Shown: positions 1-11,900 of the stretch, one piece after another
Layout of the letters: every line of letters starts with the position of its first letter
Numbering within the stretch: position 1 is the first letter of the stretch
NCBI GenBank assembly: GCA_040954595.2
Contig: CM082589.2
Location: 8,750,232-8,814,231, forward strand
Source of the DNA: Balanoglossus misakiensis
Taxonomy: Eukaryota; Animalia; Hemichordata
DNA: 64,000 nucleotides
Direction of reading: 5' to 3'
Program-made: the position numbers and the translations under genes
The notes under the pieces: model-generated
Seen by the model: the letters and a program-made list of their open reading frames with translations, nothing else
What the model was told of the DNA's origin: nothing
The model's database searches: none

Positions 1-2949
1 TTGGCACAAACAGTCTCAGGAGGTAAGCTTTCAGCCTACCAATGTAGCTATTATATTTTCCACTTTTTGTAAGTGAAGCCTGACTGTCGCCTGTCTTAGG
101 TCACCACTTCATAAGCGGTCTTACCCGTCATTGGCACAAACAGTCTCAGGACGTAAGCTTTCAGCCTACCAATGTAGCTATTGTATTTTCCACTTTTTGT
201 AAGTGAAGCCTGACTGTCGCCTGTCTTAGGTCACCACTTCATAAGCGGTCTTACCCGTCATTGGCACAAACAGTCTCAGGAAGTAAGCTTTCAGCCTACC
301 AATGTAGCTATTGTATTTTCCACTTTTTGTAAGTGAAGCCTGACTGTCGCCTGTCTTAGGTCACCACTTCATAATCGGTCTTTCCCGTCATTGGCACAAA
401 CAGTCTCAGGAAGTAAGCTTTCAGCCTACCAATGTAGCTATTGTATTTTCCACTTTTTGTAAGTGAAGCCTGACTGTCGCCTGTCTTAGGTCACCACTTC
501 ATAAGCGGTCTTACCCGTCATTGGCACAAACAGTCTCAGGAAGTAAGCTTTCAGCCTACCAATGTAGCTATTGTATTTTCCACTTTTTGTAAGTGAAGCC
601 TGACTCTCGCCTGTCTTAGGTCACCACTTCATAAGCGGTCTTTCCCGTCATTGGCACAAACAGTCTCAGGAAGTAAGCTTTCAGCCTACTAATGTAGCTA
701 TTGTATTTTCCACTTTTTGTAAGTGAAGCCTGACTGTCGCCTGTCTTAGGTCACCACTTCATAAGCGGTCTTACCCGTCATTGGCACAAACAGTCTCAGG
801 AAGTAAGCTTTCAGCCTACCAATGTAGCTATTGTATTTTCCACTTTTTGTAAGTGAAGCCTGAGTGTCGCCTGTCTTAGGTCACCACTTCATAAGCGGTC
901 TTTCCCGTCATTGGCACAAACAGTCTCAGGACGTAAGCTTTTAGCCTACCAATGTAGCTATTATATTTTCCACTTTTTGTAAGTGAAGCCTGACTGTCGC
1001 CTGTGTTAGGTCACCACTTCATAAGCGGTCTTACCCGTCATTGGCACAAACAGTCTCAGGAAGTAAGCTTTCAGCCTACCAATGTAGCTATTGTATTTTC
1101 CACTTTTTAAAGTGGAGCCTGACTGTCGCCTGTCTTAGGTCACCACTTCATAAGAGGTCTTACCCGTCATTGGCACAAACAGTCTCAGGAAGTTAGCTAT
1201 CAGCCTACCAATGTAGCTATTGTATTTTCCACTTTTTGTAAGTGAAGCCTGACTGTCGCCTGTCTTAGGTCACCACTTCATAAGCGGTCTTACCCGTCAT
1301 TGGCACAAACAGTCTCAGGAAGTAAGCTTTCAGGCTACCAATGTAGGTATTATATTTTCCACTTTTTGTAAGTGAAGCCTGACTGTCGCCTTTCTTAGGT
1401 CACCACTTCATAAGCGGTCTTTCCCGTCATTGGCACAAACAGTCTCAGGAAGTAAGCTTTCAGCCTACCAATGTAGCTATTGTATTTTCCACTTTTTGTA
1501 AGTGAAGCCTGACTGTCGCCTGTCTTAGGTCACCACTTCATAAGCGGTCTTACCCGTCATTGGCACAAACAGTCTCAGGAAGTAAGCTTTCAGCCTACCA
1601 ATTGTATTTTCCACTTTTTGTAAGTGAAGCCTGACTGTCGCCTGTCTTAGGTCAGCACTTCATAAGCGGTCTTACCCGTCATTGGCACAAACAGTCTCAG
1701 GAAGTAAGCTTTCAGCCTACCAATGTAGCTATTATATTTTCCACTTTTTGTAAGTGAAGCCTGACTGTCGCCTGTCTTAGGTCACCACTTCATAAGCGGT
1801 CTTACCCGTCATTGGCACAAACAGTCTCAGGAAATAAGCTTTCAGCCTACCAATGTAGCTATTATATTTTCCACTTTTTGTAAGTGAAGCCTGACTGTCG
1901 CCTGTCTTAGGTCACCACTTCATAAGCGGTCGTACCCGTCATTGGCACAAACAGTCTCAGGAAGTAAGCTTTCAGCCTACCAATGTAGCTATTGTATTTT
2001 CCACTTTTTGTAAGTGAAGCCTGACTGTCGCCTGTCTTAGGTCACCACTTCATAAGCGGTCTTACCCGTCATTGGCACAAACAGTCTCAGGAAGTAAGCT
2101 TTCAGCCTACCAATTGTATTTTCCACTTTTTCTAAGTGAAGCCTGACTGTCGCCTGTCTTAGGTCACCACTTCATAAGCGGTCTTTCCCGTCATTGGCAC
2201 AAACAGTCTCAGGAAGTAAGCTTTCAGCCTACCAATTGTATTTTCCACTTTTTGTAAGTGAAGCCTGACTGTCGCCTGTCTTAGGTCACCACTTCATAAG
2301 CGGTCTTTCCCGTCATTGGCACAAACAGTCTCAGGAAGTAAGCTTTAAGCCTACCAATTGTATTTTCCACTTTTTGTAAGTGAAGCCTGACTGTCGCCTG
2401 TCTTAAGTCAGCACTTCATAAGCGGTCTTACCCGTCATTGGCACAAACAGTCTCAGGAAGTAAGCTTTCAGCCTACCAATGTAGCTATTATATTTTCCAC
2501 TTTTTGTAAGTGAAGCCTGACTGTCGCCTGTCTTAGGTCACCACTTCATAAGCGGTCTTACCCGTCATTGGCACAAACAGTCTCAGGAAGTAAGCTTTCA
2601 GCCTACCAATGTAGCTATTATATTTTCCACTTTTTGTAAGTGAAGCCTGACTGTCGCCTGTCTTAGGTCACCACTTCATAAGCGGTCTTACCCGTCATTG
2701 GCACAAACAGTCTCAGGAAGTAAGCTTTCAGCCTACCAATGTAGCTATTGTATTTTCCACTTTTTGTAAGTGAAGCCTGACTGTCGCCTGTCTTAGGTCA
2801 CCACTTCATAAGCGGTCTTACCCGTCATTGGCACAAACAGTCTCAGGAAGTAAGCTTTCAGCCTACCAATTGTATTTTCCACTTTTTGTAAGTGAAGCCT
2901 GACTGTCGCCTGTCTTAGGTCACCACTTCATAAGCGGTCTTTCCCGTCA

Positions 2950-5900
2950 TTGGCACAAACAGTCTCAGGAAGTAAGCTTTCAGCCTACCAATTGTATTTT
3001 CCACTTTTTGTAAGTGAAGCCTGACTGTCGCCTGTCTTAGGTCACCACTTCATAAGCGGTCTTTCCCGTCATTGGCACAAACAGTCTCAGGAAGTAAGCT
3101 TTCAGCCTACCAATTGTATTTTCCACTTTTTGTAAGTGAAGCCCTACTGTCGCCTGTCTTAGGTCACCACTTCATAAGCGGTCTTACCCGTCATTGGCAC
3201 AAACAGTCTCAGGAAGTAAGCTTTCAGCCTACCAATTGTATTTTCCATTTTTCTAAGTGAAGCCTGACTGTCGCCTGCCTTAGGTCACCACTTCATAAGC
3301 GGTCTTTCCCGTCATTGGCACAAACAGTCTCAGGAAGTAAGCTTTCAGCCTACCAATTGTATTTTCCACTTTTTGTAAGTGAAGCCTGACTGTCGCCTGT
3401 CTTAGGTCACCACTTCATAAGCGGTCTTACCCGTCATTGGCACAAACAGTCTCAGGAAGTAAGCTTTCAGCCTACCAATTGTATTTTCCACTTTTTGTAA
3501 GTGAAGCCTGACTGTCGCCTGTCTTAGGTCACCACTTCATAGGCGGTCTTTCCCGTCATTGGCACAAACAGTCTCTGGAAGTAAGCTTTCAGCCTACCAA
3601 TGTAGCTATTGTATTTTGCACTTTTTGTAAGTGAAGCCTGACTGTCGCCTGTCTTAGGTCACCACTTCATAAGCGGTCTTACCCGTCATTGGCACAAACA
3701 GTCTCAGGAAGTAAGCTTTCAGCCTACCAATGTAGCTATTGTATTTTGCACTTTTTGTAAGTGAAGCCTGACTGCCGCCTGTCTTAGGTCACCACTTCAT
3801 AAGCGGTCTTACCCGTCATTGGCACAAACAGTCTCAGGAAGTAAGCTTTCAGCCTACCAATGTAGCTATTGTATTTTCCACTTTTTGTAAGTGAAGCCTG
3901 ACTGTCGCCTGTCTTAGGTCACCACTTCATAAGCAGTCTTTCCCGTCATTGGCACAAACAGTCTCAGGAAGTAAGCTTTCAGCCTACCAATGTAGCTATT
4001 GTATTTTCCACTTTTTGTAAGTGAAGCCTGAGTGTCGCCTGTCTTAGGTCAGCACTTCATAAGCGGTCTTACCCGTCATTGGCACAAACAGTCTCAGGAA
4101 GTAAGCTTTCAGCCTACCAATGTAGCTATTGTATTTTCCACTTTTTGTAAGTGAAGCCTGACTGTCGCCTGTCTTAGGTCACCACTTCATAAGCGGTCTT
4201 ACCCGTCATTGGCACAAACAGTCTCAGGAAGTAAGCTTTCAGCCTACCAATGTAGCTATTGTATTTTCCACTTTTTGTAAGTAAAGCCTGACTGTCGCCT
4301 GTCTTAGGTCACCACTTCATAAGCGGTCTTACCCGTCATTGGCACAAACAGTCTCAGGAAGTAAGCTTTCAGCCTACCAATATAGCTATTGTATTTTCCA
4401 CTTTTTGTAAGTGAAGCCTGACTGTCGCCTGTCTTAGGTCACCACTTCATAAGCGGTCTTACCCGTCATTGGCACAAACAGTCTCAGGAAGTAAGCTTTC
4501 AGCCTACCAATTGTATTTTCCACTTTTTCTAAGTGAAGCCTGACTGTCGCCTGTCTTAGGTCACCACTTCATAAGCGGTCTTTCCCGTCATTGGCACAAA
4601 CAGTCTCAGGAAGTAAGCTTTCAGCCTACCAATTGTATTTTCCACTTTTTGTAAGAGAAGCCTGACTGTCGCCTGTCTAAGGTCACCACTTCATAAGCGG
4701 TCTTACCCGTCATTGGCACAAACAGTCTCAGGAAGTAAGCTTTCAGCCTACCAATTGTATTTTCCATTTTTCTAAGTGAAGCCTGACTGTCGCCTGCCTT
4801 AGGTCACCACTTCATAAGCGGTCTTTCCCGTCATTGGCACAAACAGTCTCAGGAAGTAAGCTTTCAGCCTACCAATTGTATTTTCCACTTTTTGTAAGTG
4901 AAGCCTGACTGTCGCCTGTCTTAGGTCACCACTTCATAAGCGGTCTTACCCGTCATTGGCACAAACAGTCTCAGGAAGTAAGCTTTCAGCCTACCAATTG
5001 TATTTTCCACTTTTTGTAAGTGAAGCCTGACTGTCGCCTGTCTTAGGTCACCACTTCATAGGCGGTCTTTCCCGTCATTGGCACAAACAGTCTCAGGAAG
5101 TAAGCTTTCAGCCTACCAATGTAGCTATTGTATTTTGCACTTTTTGTAAGTGAAGCCTGACTGTCGCCTGTCTTAGGTCACCACTTCATAAGCGGTCTTA
5201 CCCGTCATTGGCACAAACAGTCTCAGGAAGTAAGCTTTCAGCCTACCAATGTAGCTATTGTATTTTGCACTTTTTGTAAGTGAAGCCTGACTGTCGCCTG
5301 TCTTAGGTCACCACTTCATAAGCGGTCTTACCCGTCATTGGCACAAACAGTCTCAGGAAGTAAGCTTTCAGCCTACCAATGTAGCTATTGTATTTTCCAC
5401 TTTTTGTAAGTGAAGCCTGACTGTCGCCTGTCTTAGGTCACCACTTCATAAGCAGTCTTTCCCGTCATTGGCACAAACAGTCTCAGGAAGTAAGCTTTCA
5501 GCCTACCAATGTAGCTATTGTATTTTCCACTTTTTGTAAGTGAAGCCTGAGTGTCGCCTGTCTTAGGTCACCACTTCATAAGCGGTCTTACCCGTCATTG
5601 GCACAAACAGTCTCAGGAAGTAAGCTTTCAGCCTACCAATGTAGCTATTGTATTTTCCACTTTTTGTAAGTGAAGCCTGACTGTCGCCTGTCTTAGGTCA
5701 CCACTTCATAAGCGGTCTTACCCGTCATTGGCACAAACAGTCTCAGGAAGTAAGCTTTCAGCCTACCAATGTAGCTATTGTATTTTCCACTTTTTGTAAG
5801 TAAAGCCTGACTGTCGCCTGTCTTAGGTCACCACTTCATAAGCGGTCTTACCCGTCATTGGCACAAACAGTCTCAGGAAGTAAGCTTTCAGCCTACCAAT

Positions 5901-5987
5901 ATAGCTATTGTATTTTCCACTTTTTGTAAGTGAAGCCTGACTGTCGCCTGTCTTAGGTCACCACTTCATAAGCGGTCTTACCCGTCA
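2950..5987. repeat. Tandem duplication of a 12-monomer block (period 1519 bp)
   Basis: An ordered series of rare variants (121-bp monomer with CCATTTTTCT and CTGCCTT, then ATAGGCGG, TTTTGCAC x2, AAGCAGTC, CTGAGTGT, GTAAAGCC, AATATAGC) starts at 3194 and again at 4713. Confidence 0.85.
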
Positions 5988-8979
5988 TTGGCACAAACAG
6001 TCTCAGGAAGTAAGCCTCCAGCCTACCAATGTAGCTATTATATTTTCCACTTTTTGTAAGTGAAGCCTGACTGTCGCCTGTCTTAGGTCACCACTTCATA
6101 AGCGGTCTGACCCGTCATTGGCACAAACAGTCTCAGGAAGTAAGCTTTCAGCCTACCAATGTAGCTATTGTATTTTCCACTTTTTGTAAGTGAAGCCTGA
6201 CTGTCGCCTGTCTTAGGTCACCACTTCATAAGCGGTCTTACCCGTCATTGGCACAAACAGTCTCAGGAAGTAAGCTTTCAGCCTACCAATGTAGCTATTG
6301 TATTTTCCACTTTTTGTAAGTGAAGCCTGACTGTCGCCTGTCTTAGGTCACCACTTCATAAGCGGTCTTACCCGTCATTGGCACAAACAGTCTCAGGAAG
6401 TAAGCTTTCATCCTACCAATGTAGCTATTATATTTTCCACTTTTTGTAAGTGAAGCCTGACTGTCGCCTGTCTTAGGTCACCACTTCATAAGCGGTCTTA
6501 CCCGTCATTGGCACAGACAGTCTCAGGAAGTAAGCTTTCAGCCTACCAATGTAGCTATTGTATTTTCCACTTTTTGTAAGTGAAGCCTGACTGTCGCCTG
6601 TCTTAGGTCACCACTTCATAAGCGGTATTACCCGTCATTGGCACAAACAGTCTCAGGAAGTAAGCTTTCAGCCTACCAATGTAGCTATTGTATTTTCCAC
6701 TTTTTGTAAGTGAAGCCTGACTGTCGCCTGTCTTAGGTCACCACTTCATAAGCGGTCTTACCCGTCATTGGCACAAACAGTCTCAGGAAGTAAGCTTTCA
6801 CCCTACCAATGTAGCTATTGTATTTTCCACTTTTTGTAAGTGGAGCCTGACTGTCGCCTGTCTTAGGTCACCACTTCATAAGCGGTCTTACCCGTCATTG
6901 GCACAAACAGTCTCAGGACGTAAGCTTTCAGCCTACCAATGTAGCTATTGTATTTTCCACTTTTTGTAAGTGGAGCCTGACTGTCGCCTGTCTTAGGTCA
7001 CCACTTCATAAGCGGTCTTACCCGTCATTGGCACAAACAGTCTCAGGACGTAAGCTTTCAGCCTACCAATGTAGCTATTGTATTTTCCACTTTTTGTAAG
7101 TGAAGCCTGACTGTCGCCTGTCTTAGGTCACCACTTCATAAGCGGTCTTACCCGTCATTGGCACAAACAGTCTCAGGACGTAAGCTTTCAGCCTACCAAT
7201 GTAGCTATTGTATTTTCCACTTTTTGTAAGTGAAGCCTGACTGTCGCCTGTCTTAGGTCACCACTTCATAAGCGGTCTTACCCGTCATTGGCACAAACAG
7301 TCTCAGGAAGTAAGCTTTCAGCCTACCAATGTAGCTATTATATTTTCCACTTTTTGTAAGTGAAGCCTGACTGTCGCCTGTCTTAGGTCACCACTTCATA
7401 AGCGGTCTGACCCGTCATTGGCACAAACAGTCTCAGGAAGTAAGCTTTCAGCCAACCAATGTAGCTATTGTATTTTCCACTTTTTGTAAGTGAAGCCTGA
7501 CTGTCGCCTGTCTTAGGTCACCACTTCATAAGCGGTCTTACCCGTCATTGGCACAAACAGTCTCAGGAAGTAAGCTTTCAGCCTACCAATGTAGCTATTG
7601 TATTTTCCACTTTTTGTAAGTGAAGCCTGACTGTCGCCTGTCTTAGGTCACCACTTCATAAGCGGTCTTACCCGTCATTGGCACAAGCAGTCTCAGGACG
7701 TAAGCTTTCAGCCTACCAATGTAGCTATTGTATTTTCCACTTTTTGTAAGTGAAGCCTGACTGTCGCCTGTCTTAGGTCACCACTTCATAAGCGGTCTTA
7801 CCCGTCATTGGCACAAACAGTCTCAGGAAGTAAGCTTTCAGCCTACCAATATAGCTATTGTATTTTCCACTTTTTGTAAGTGAAGCCTGACTGTCGCCTG
7901 TCTTAGGTCACCACTTCATAAGCGGTCTTACCCGTCATTGGCACAAACAGTCTCAGGAAGTAAGCTTTCAGCCTACCAATGTAGCTATTATATTTTCCAC
8001 TTTTTGTAAGTGAAGCCTGACTGTCGCCTGTCTTAGGTCACCACTTCATAAGCGGTCTGACCCGTCATTGGCACAAACAGTCTCAGGAAGTAAGCTTTCA
8101 GCCTACCAATGTAGCTATTGTATTTTCCACTTTTTGTAAGTGAAGCCTGACTGTCGCCTGTCTTAGGTCACCACTTCATAAGCGGTCTTACCCGTCATTG
8201 GCACAAACAGTCTCAGGAAGTAAGCTTTCAGCCTACCAATGTAGCTATTGTATTTTCCACTTTTTGTAAGTGAAGCCTGACTGTCGCCTGTCTTAGGTCA
8301 CCACTTCATAAGCGGTCTTACCCGTCATTGGCACAAACAGTCTCAGGAAGTAAGCTTTCAGCCTACCAATGTAGCTATTGTATTTTCCACTTTGTGTAAG
8401 TGAAGCCTGACTGTCGCCTGTCTTAGGTCACCACTTCATAAGCGGTCTTACCCGTCATTGGCACAAACAGTCTCAGGAAGTAAGCTTTCAGCCTACCAAT
8501 GTAGCTATTGTATTTTCCACTTTTTGTAAGTGAAGCCTGACTGTCGCCTTTCTTAGGTCACCACTTCATAAGCGGTCTTACCCGTCATTGGCACAAACAG
8601 TCTCAGGAAGTAAGCTTTCAGCCTACCAATGTAGCTATTGTATTTTCCACTTTTTGTAAGTGAAGCCTGACTGTCGCCTGTCTTAGGTCACCACTTCATA
8701 AGCGGTCTTACCCGTCATTGGCACAAACAGTCTCAGGAAGTAAGCTTTCAGCCTACCAATGTAGCTATTGTATTTTCCACTTTTTGTAAGTGGAGCCTGA
8801 CTGTCGCCTGTCTTAGGTCACCACTTCATAAGCGGTCTTACCCGTCATTGGCACAAACAGTCTCAGGACGTAAGCTTTCAGCCTACCAATGTAGCTATTG
8901 TATTTTCCACTTTTTGTAAGTGGAGCCTGACTGTCGCCTGTCTTAGGTCACCACTTCATAAGCGGTCTTACCCGTCATT

Positions 8980-11900
8980 GGCACAAACAGTCTCAGGACG
9001 TAAGCTTTCAGCCTACCAATGTAGCTATTGTATTTTCCACTTTTTGTAAGTGAAGCCTGACTGTCGCCTGTCTTAGGTCACCACTTCATAAGCGGTCTTA
9101 CCCGTGATTGGCACAAACAGTCTCAGGACGTAAGCTTTCAGCCTACCAATGTAGCTATTGTATTTTCCACTTTTTGTAAGTGAAGCCTGACTGTCGCCTG
9201 TCTTAGGTCACCACTTCATAAGCGGTCTTACCCGTCATTGGCACAAACAGTCTCAGGAAGTAAGCTTTCAGCGTACCAATGTAGCTATTATATTTTCCAC
9301 TTTTTGTAAGTGAAGCCTGACTGTCGCCTGTCTTAGGTCACCACTTCATAAGCGGTCTGACCCGTCATTGGCACAAACAGTCTCAGGAAGTAAGCTTTCA
9401 GCCTACCAATGTAGCTATTGTATTTTCCACTTTTTGTAAGTGAAGCCTGACTGTCGCCTGTCTTAGGTCACCACTTCATAAGCGGTCTTACCCGTCATTG
9501 GCACAAACAGTCTCAGGAAGTAAGCTTTCAGCCTACCAATGTAGCTATTGTATTTTCCACTTTTTGTAAGTGAAGCCTGACTGTCGCCTGTCTTAGGTCA
9601 CCACTTCATAAGCGGTCTTACCCGTCATTGGCACAAACAGTCTCAGGAAGTAAGCTTTCAGCCTACCAATGTAGCTATTGTATTTTCCACTTTTTGTAAG
9701 TAAAGCCTGACTGTCGCCTGTCTTAGGTCACCACTTCATAAGAGGTCTTACCCGTCATTGGCACAAACAGTCTCAGGACGTAAGCTTTCAGCCTACCAAT
9801 GTAGCTATTGTATTTTCCACTTTTTGTAAGTGAAGCCTGACTGTCGCCTGTCTTAGGTCACCACTTCATAAGCGGTCTTACCCGTCATTGGCACAAACAG
9901 TCTCAGGAAGTAAGCTTTCAGCCTACCAATGTAGCTATTATATTTTCCACTTTTTGTAAGTGAAGCCTGACTGTCGCCTGTCTTAGGTCACCACTTCATA
10001 AGCGGTCTGACCCGTCATTGGCACAAACAGTCTCAGGAAGTAAGCTTTCAGCCTACCAATGTAGCTATTGTATTTTCCACTTTTTGTAAGTGAAGCCTGA
10101 CTGTCGCCTGTCTTAGGTCACCACTTCATAAGCGGTCTTACCCGTCATTGGCACAAACAGTCTCAGGAAGTAAGCTTTCAGCCTACCAATGTAGCTATTG
10201 TATTTTCCACTTTTTGTAAGTGAAGCCTGACTGTCGCCTGTCTTAGGTCACCACTTCATAAGCGGTCTTACCCGTCATTGGCACAAACAGTCTCAGGACG
10301 TAAGCTTTCAGCCTACCAATGTAGCTATTGTATTTTCCACTTTTTGTAAGTGAAGCCTGACTGTCGCCTGTCTTAGGTCACCACTTCATAAGCGGTCTTA
10401 CCCGTCATTGGCACAAATAGTCTCAGGAAGTAAGCCTCCAGCCTACCAATGTAGCTATTGTATTTTCCACTTTTTGTAAGTGAAGCCTGACTGTCGCCTG
10501 TCTTAGGTCACCACTTCATAAGCGGTCTTACCCGTCATTGGCACAAACAGTCTCAGGAAGTAAGCTTTCAGCCTACCAATTGTATTTTCCACTTTTTCTA
10601 AGTGAAGCCTGACTGTCGCCTGTCTTAGGTCACCACTTCATAAGCGGTCTTTCCCGTCATTGGCACAAACAGTCTCAGGAAGTAAGCTTTCAGCCTACCA
10701 ATGTAGCTATTGTATTTTCCACTTTTTGTAAGTGAAGCCTGACTGTCGCCTGTCTTAGGTCACCACTTCATAAGCGGTCTTACCCGTCATTGGCACAAAC
10801 AGTCTCAGGACGTAAGCTTTCAGCCTACCAATGTAGCTATTGTATTTTCCACTTTTTGTAAGTGAAGCCTGACTGTCGCCTGTCTTAGGTCACCACTTCA
10901 TAAGCGGTCTTACCCGTCATTGGCACAAACAGTCTCAGGAAGTAAGCTTTCAGCCTACCAATTGTATTTTCCACTTTTTCTAAGTGAAGCCTGACTGTCG
11001 CCTGTCTTAGGTCACCACTTCATAAGAGGTCTTACCCGTCATTGGCACAAACAGTCTCAGGAAGTAAGCTTTCAGCCTACCAATGTAGCTATTGTATTTT
11101 CCACTTTTTGTAAGTGAAGCCTGACTGTCGCCTGTCTTAGGTCACCACTTCATAAGCGGTCTTACCCGTCATTGGCACAAACAGTCTCAGGACGTAAGCT
11201 TTCAGCCTACCAATGTAGCTATTGTATTTTCCACTTTTTGTAAGTGAAGCCTGACTGTCGCCTGTCTTAGGTCACCACTTCATAAGCGGTCTTACCCGTC
11301 ATTGGCACAAACAGTCTCAGGAAGTAAGCTTTCAGCCTACCAATGTAGCTATTGTATTTTCCACTTTTTGTAAGTAAAGCCTGACTGTCGCCTGTCTTAG
11401 GTCACCACTTCATAAGAGGTCTTACCCGTCATTGGCACAAACAGTCTCAGGACGTAAGCTTTCAGCCTACCAATGTAGCTATTGTATTTTCCAATTTTTG
11501 TAAGTGAAGCCTGACTGTCGCCTGTCTTAGGTCACCACTTCATAAGCGGTCTTACCCGTCATTGGCACAAAGTCTCAGGAAGTAAGCTTTCAGCCTACCA
11601 ATGAAGCTATTGTATTTTCCACTTTTTGTAAGTGAAGCCTGACTGTCGCCTGTCTTAGGTCACCACTTCATAAGCGGTCTTACCCGTCATTGGCACAAAC
11701 AGTCTCAGGAAGTAAGCTTTCAGCCTACCAATGTAGCTATTATATTTTCCACTTTTTGTAAGTGAAGCCTGACTGTCGCCTGTCTTAGGTCACCACTTCA
11801 TAAGCGGTCTGACCCGTCATTGGCACAAACAGTCTCAGGAAGTAAGCTTTCAGCCTACCAATGTAGCTATTGTATTTTCCACTTTTTGTAAGTGAAGCCT

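Noticed and set aside
1-130. 5S rRNA, snRNA or spliced-leader gene array
   Set aside because: Only short matches were found (GGGTAAGACCGC, GTAGGCT, GTAAG, ACTTTTTG), with wrong spacing. The unit leaves no room for spacer or promoter, and indels are tolerated.
123-139. CENP-B box
   Set aside because: The best alignment (minus strand TTGTGCCAATGACGGGT) matches only 6 of 9 essential positions and lacks TTCG.
95-140. Twister or hammerhead ribozyme in the monomer (minus strand TGCCAATGACGGGTAAGACCGCTTATGAAGTGG superficially recalls twister)
   Set aside because: It lacks the UAA cleavage loop, the P2 pairing and the pseudoknot-forming loop residues. No CUGANGA/GAAA hammerhead core is present on either strand. 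An Infernal search would be decisive.
3072-3260. 62-aa ORF in the satellite (and 48739-48924 across the LINE junction)
   Set aside because: TTG start; a chance open frame created by consecutive deletion monomers or by the junction.
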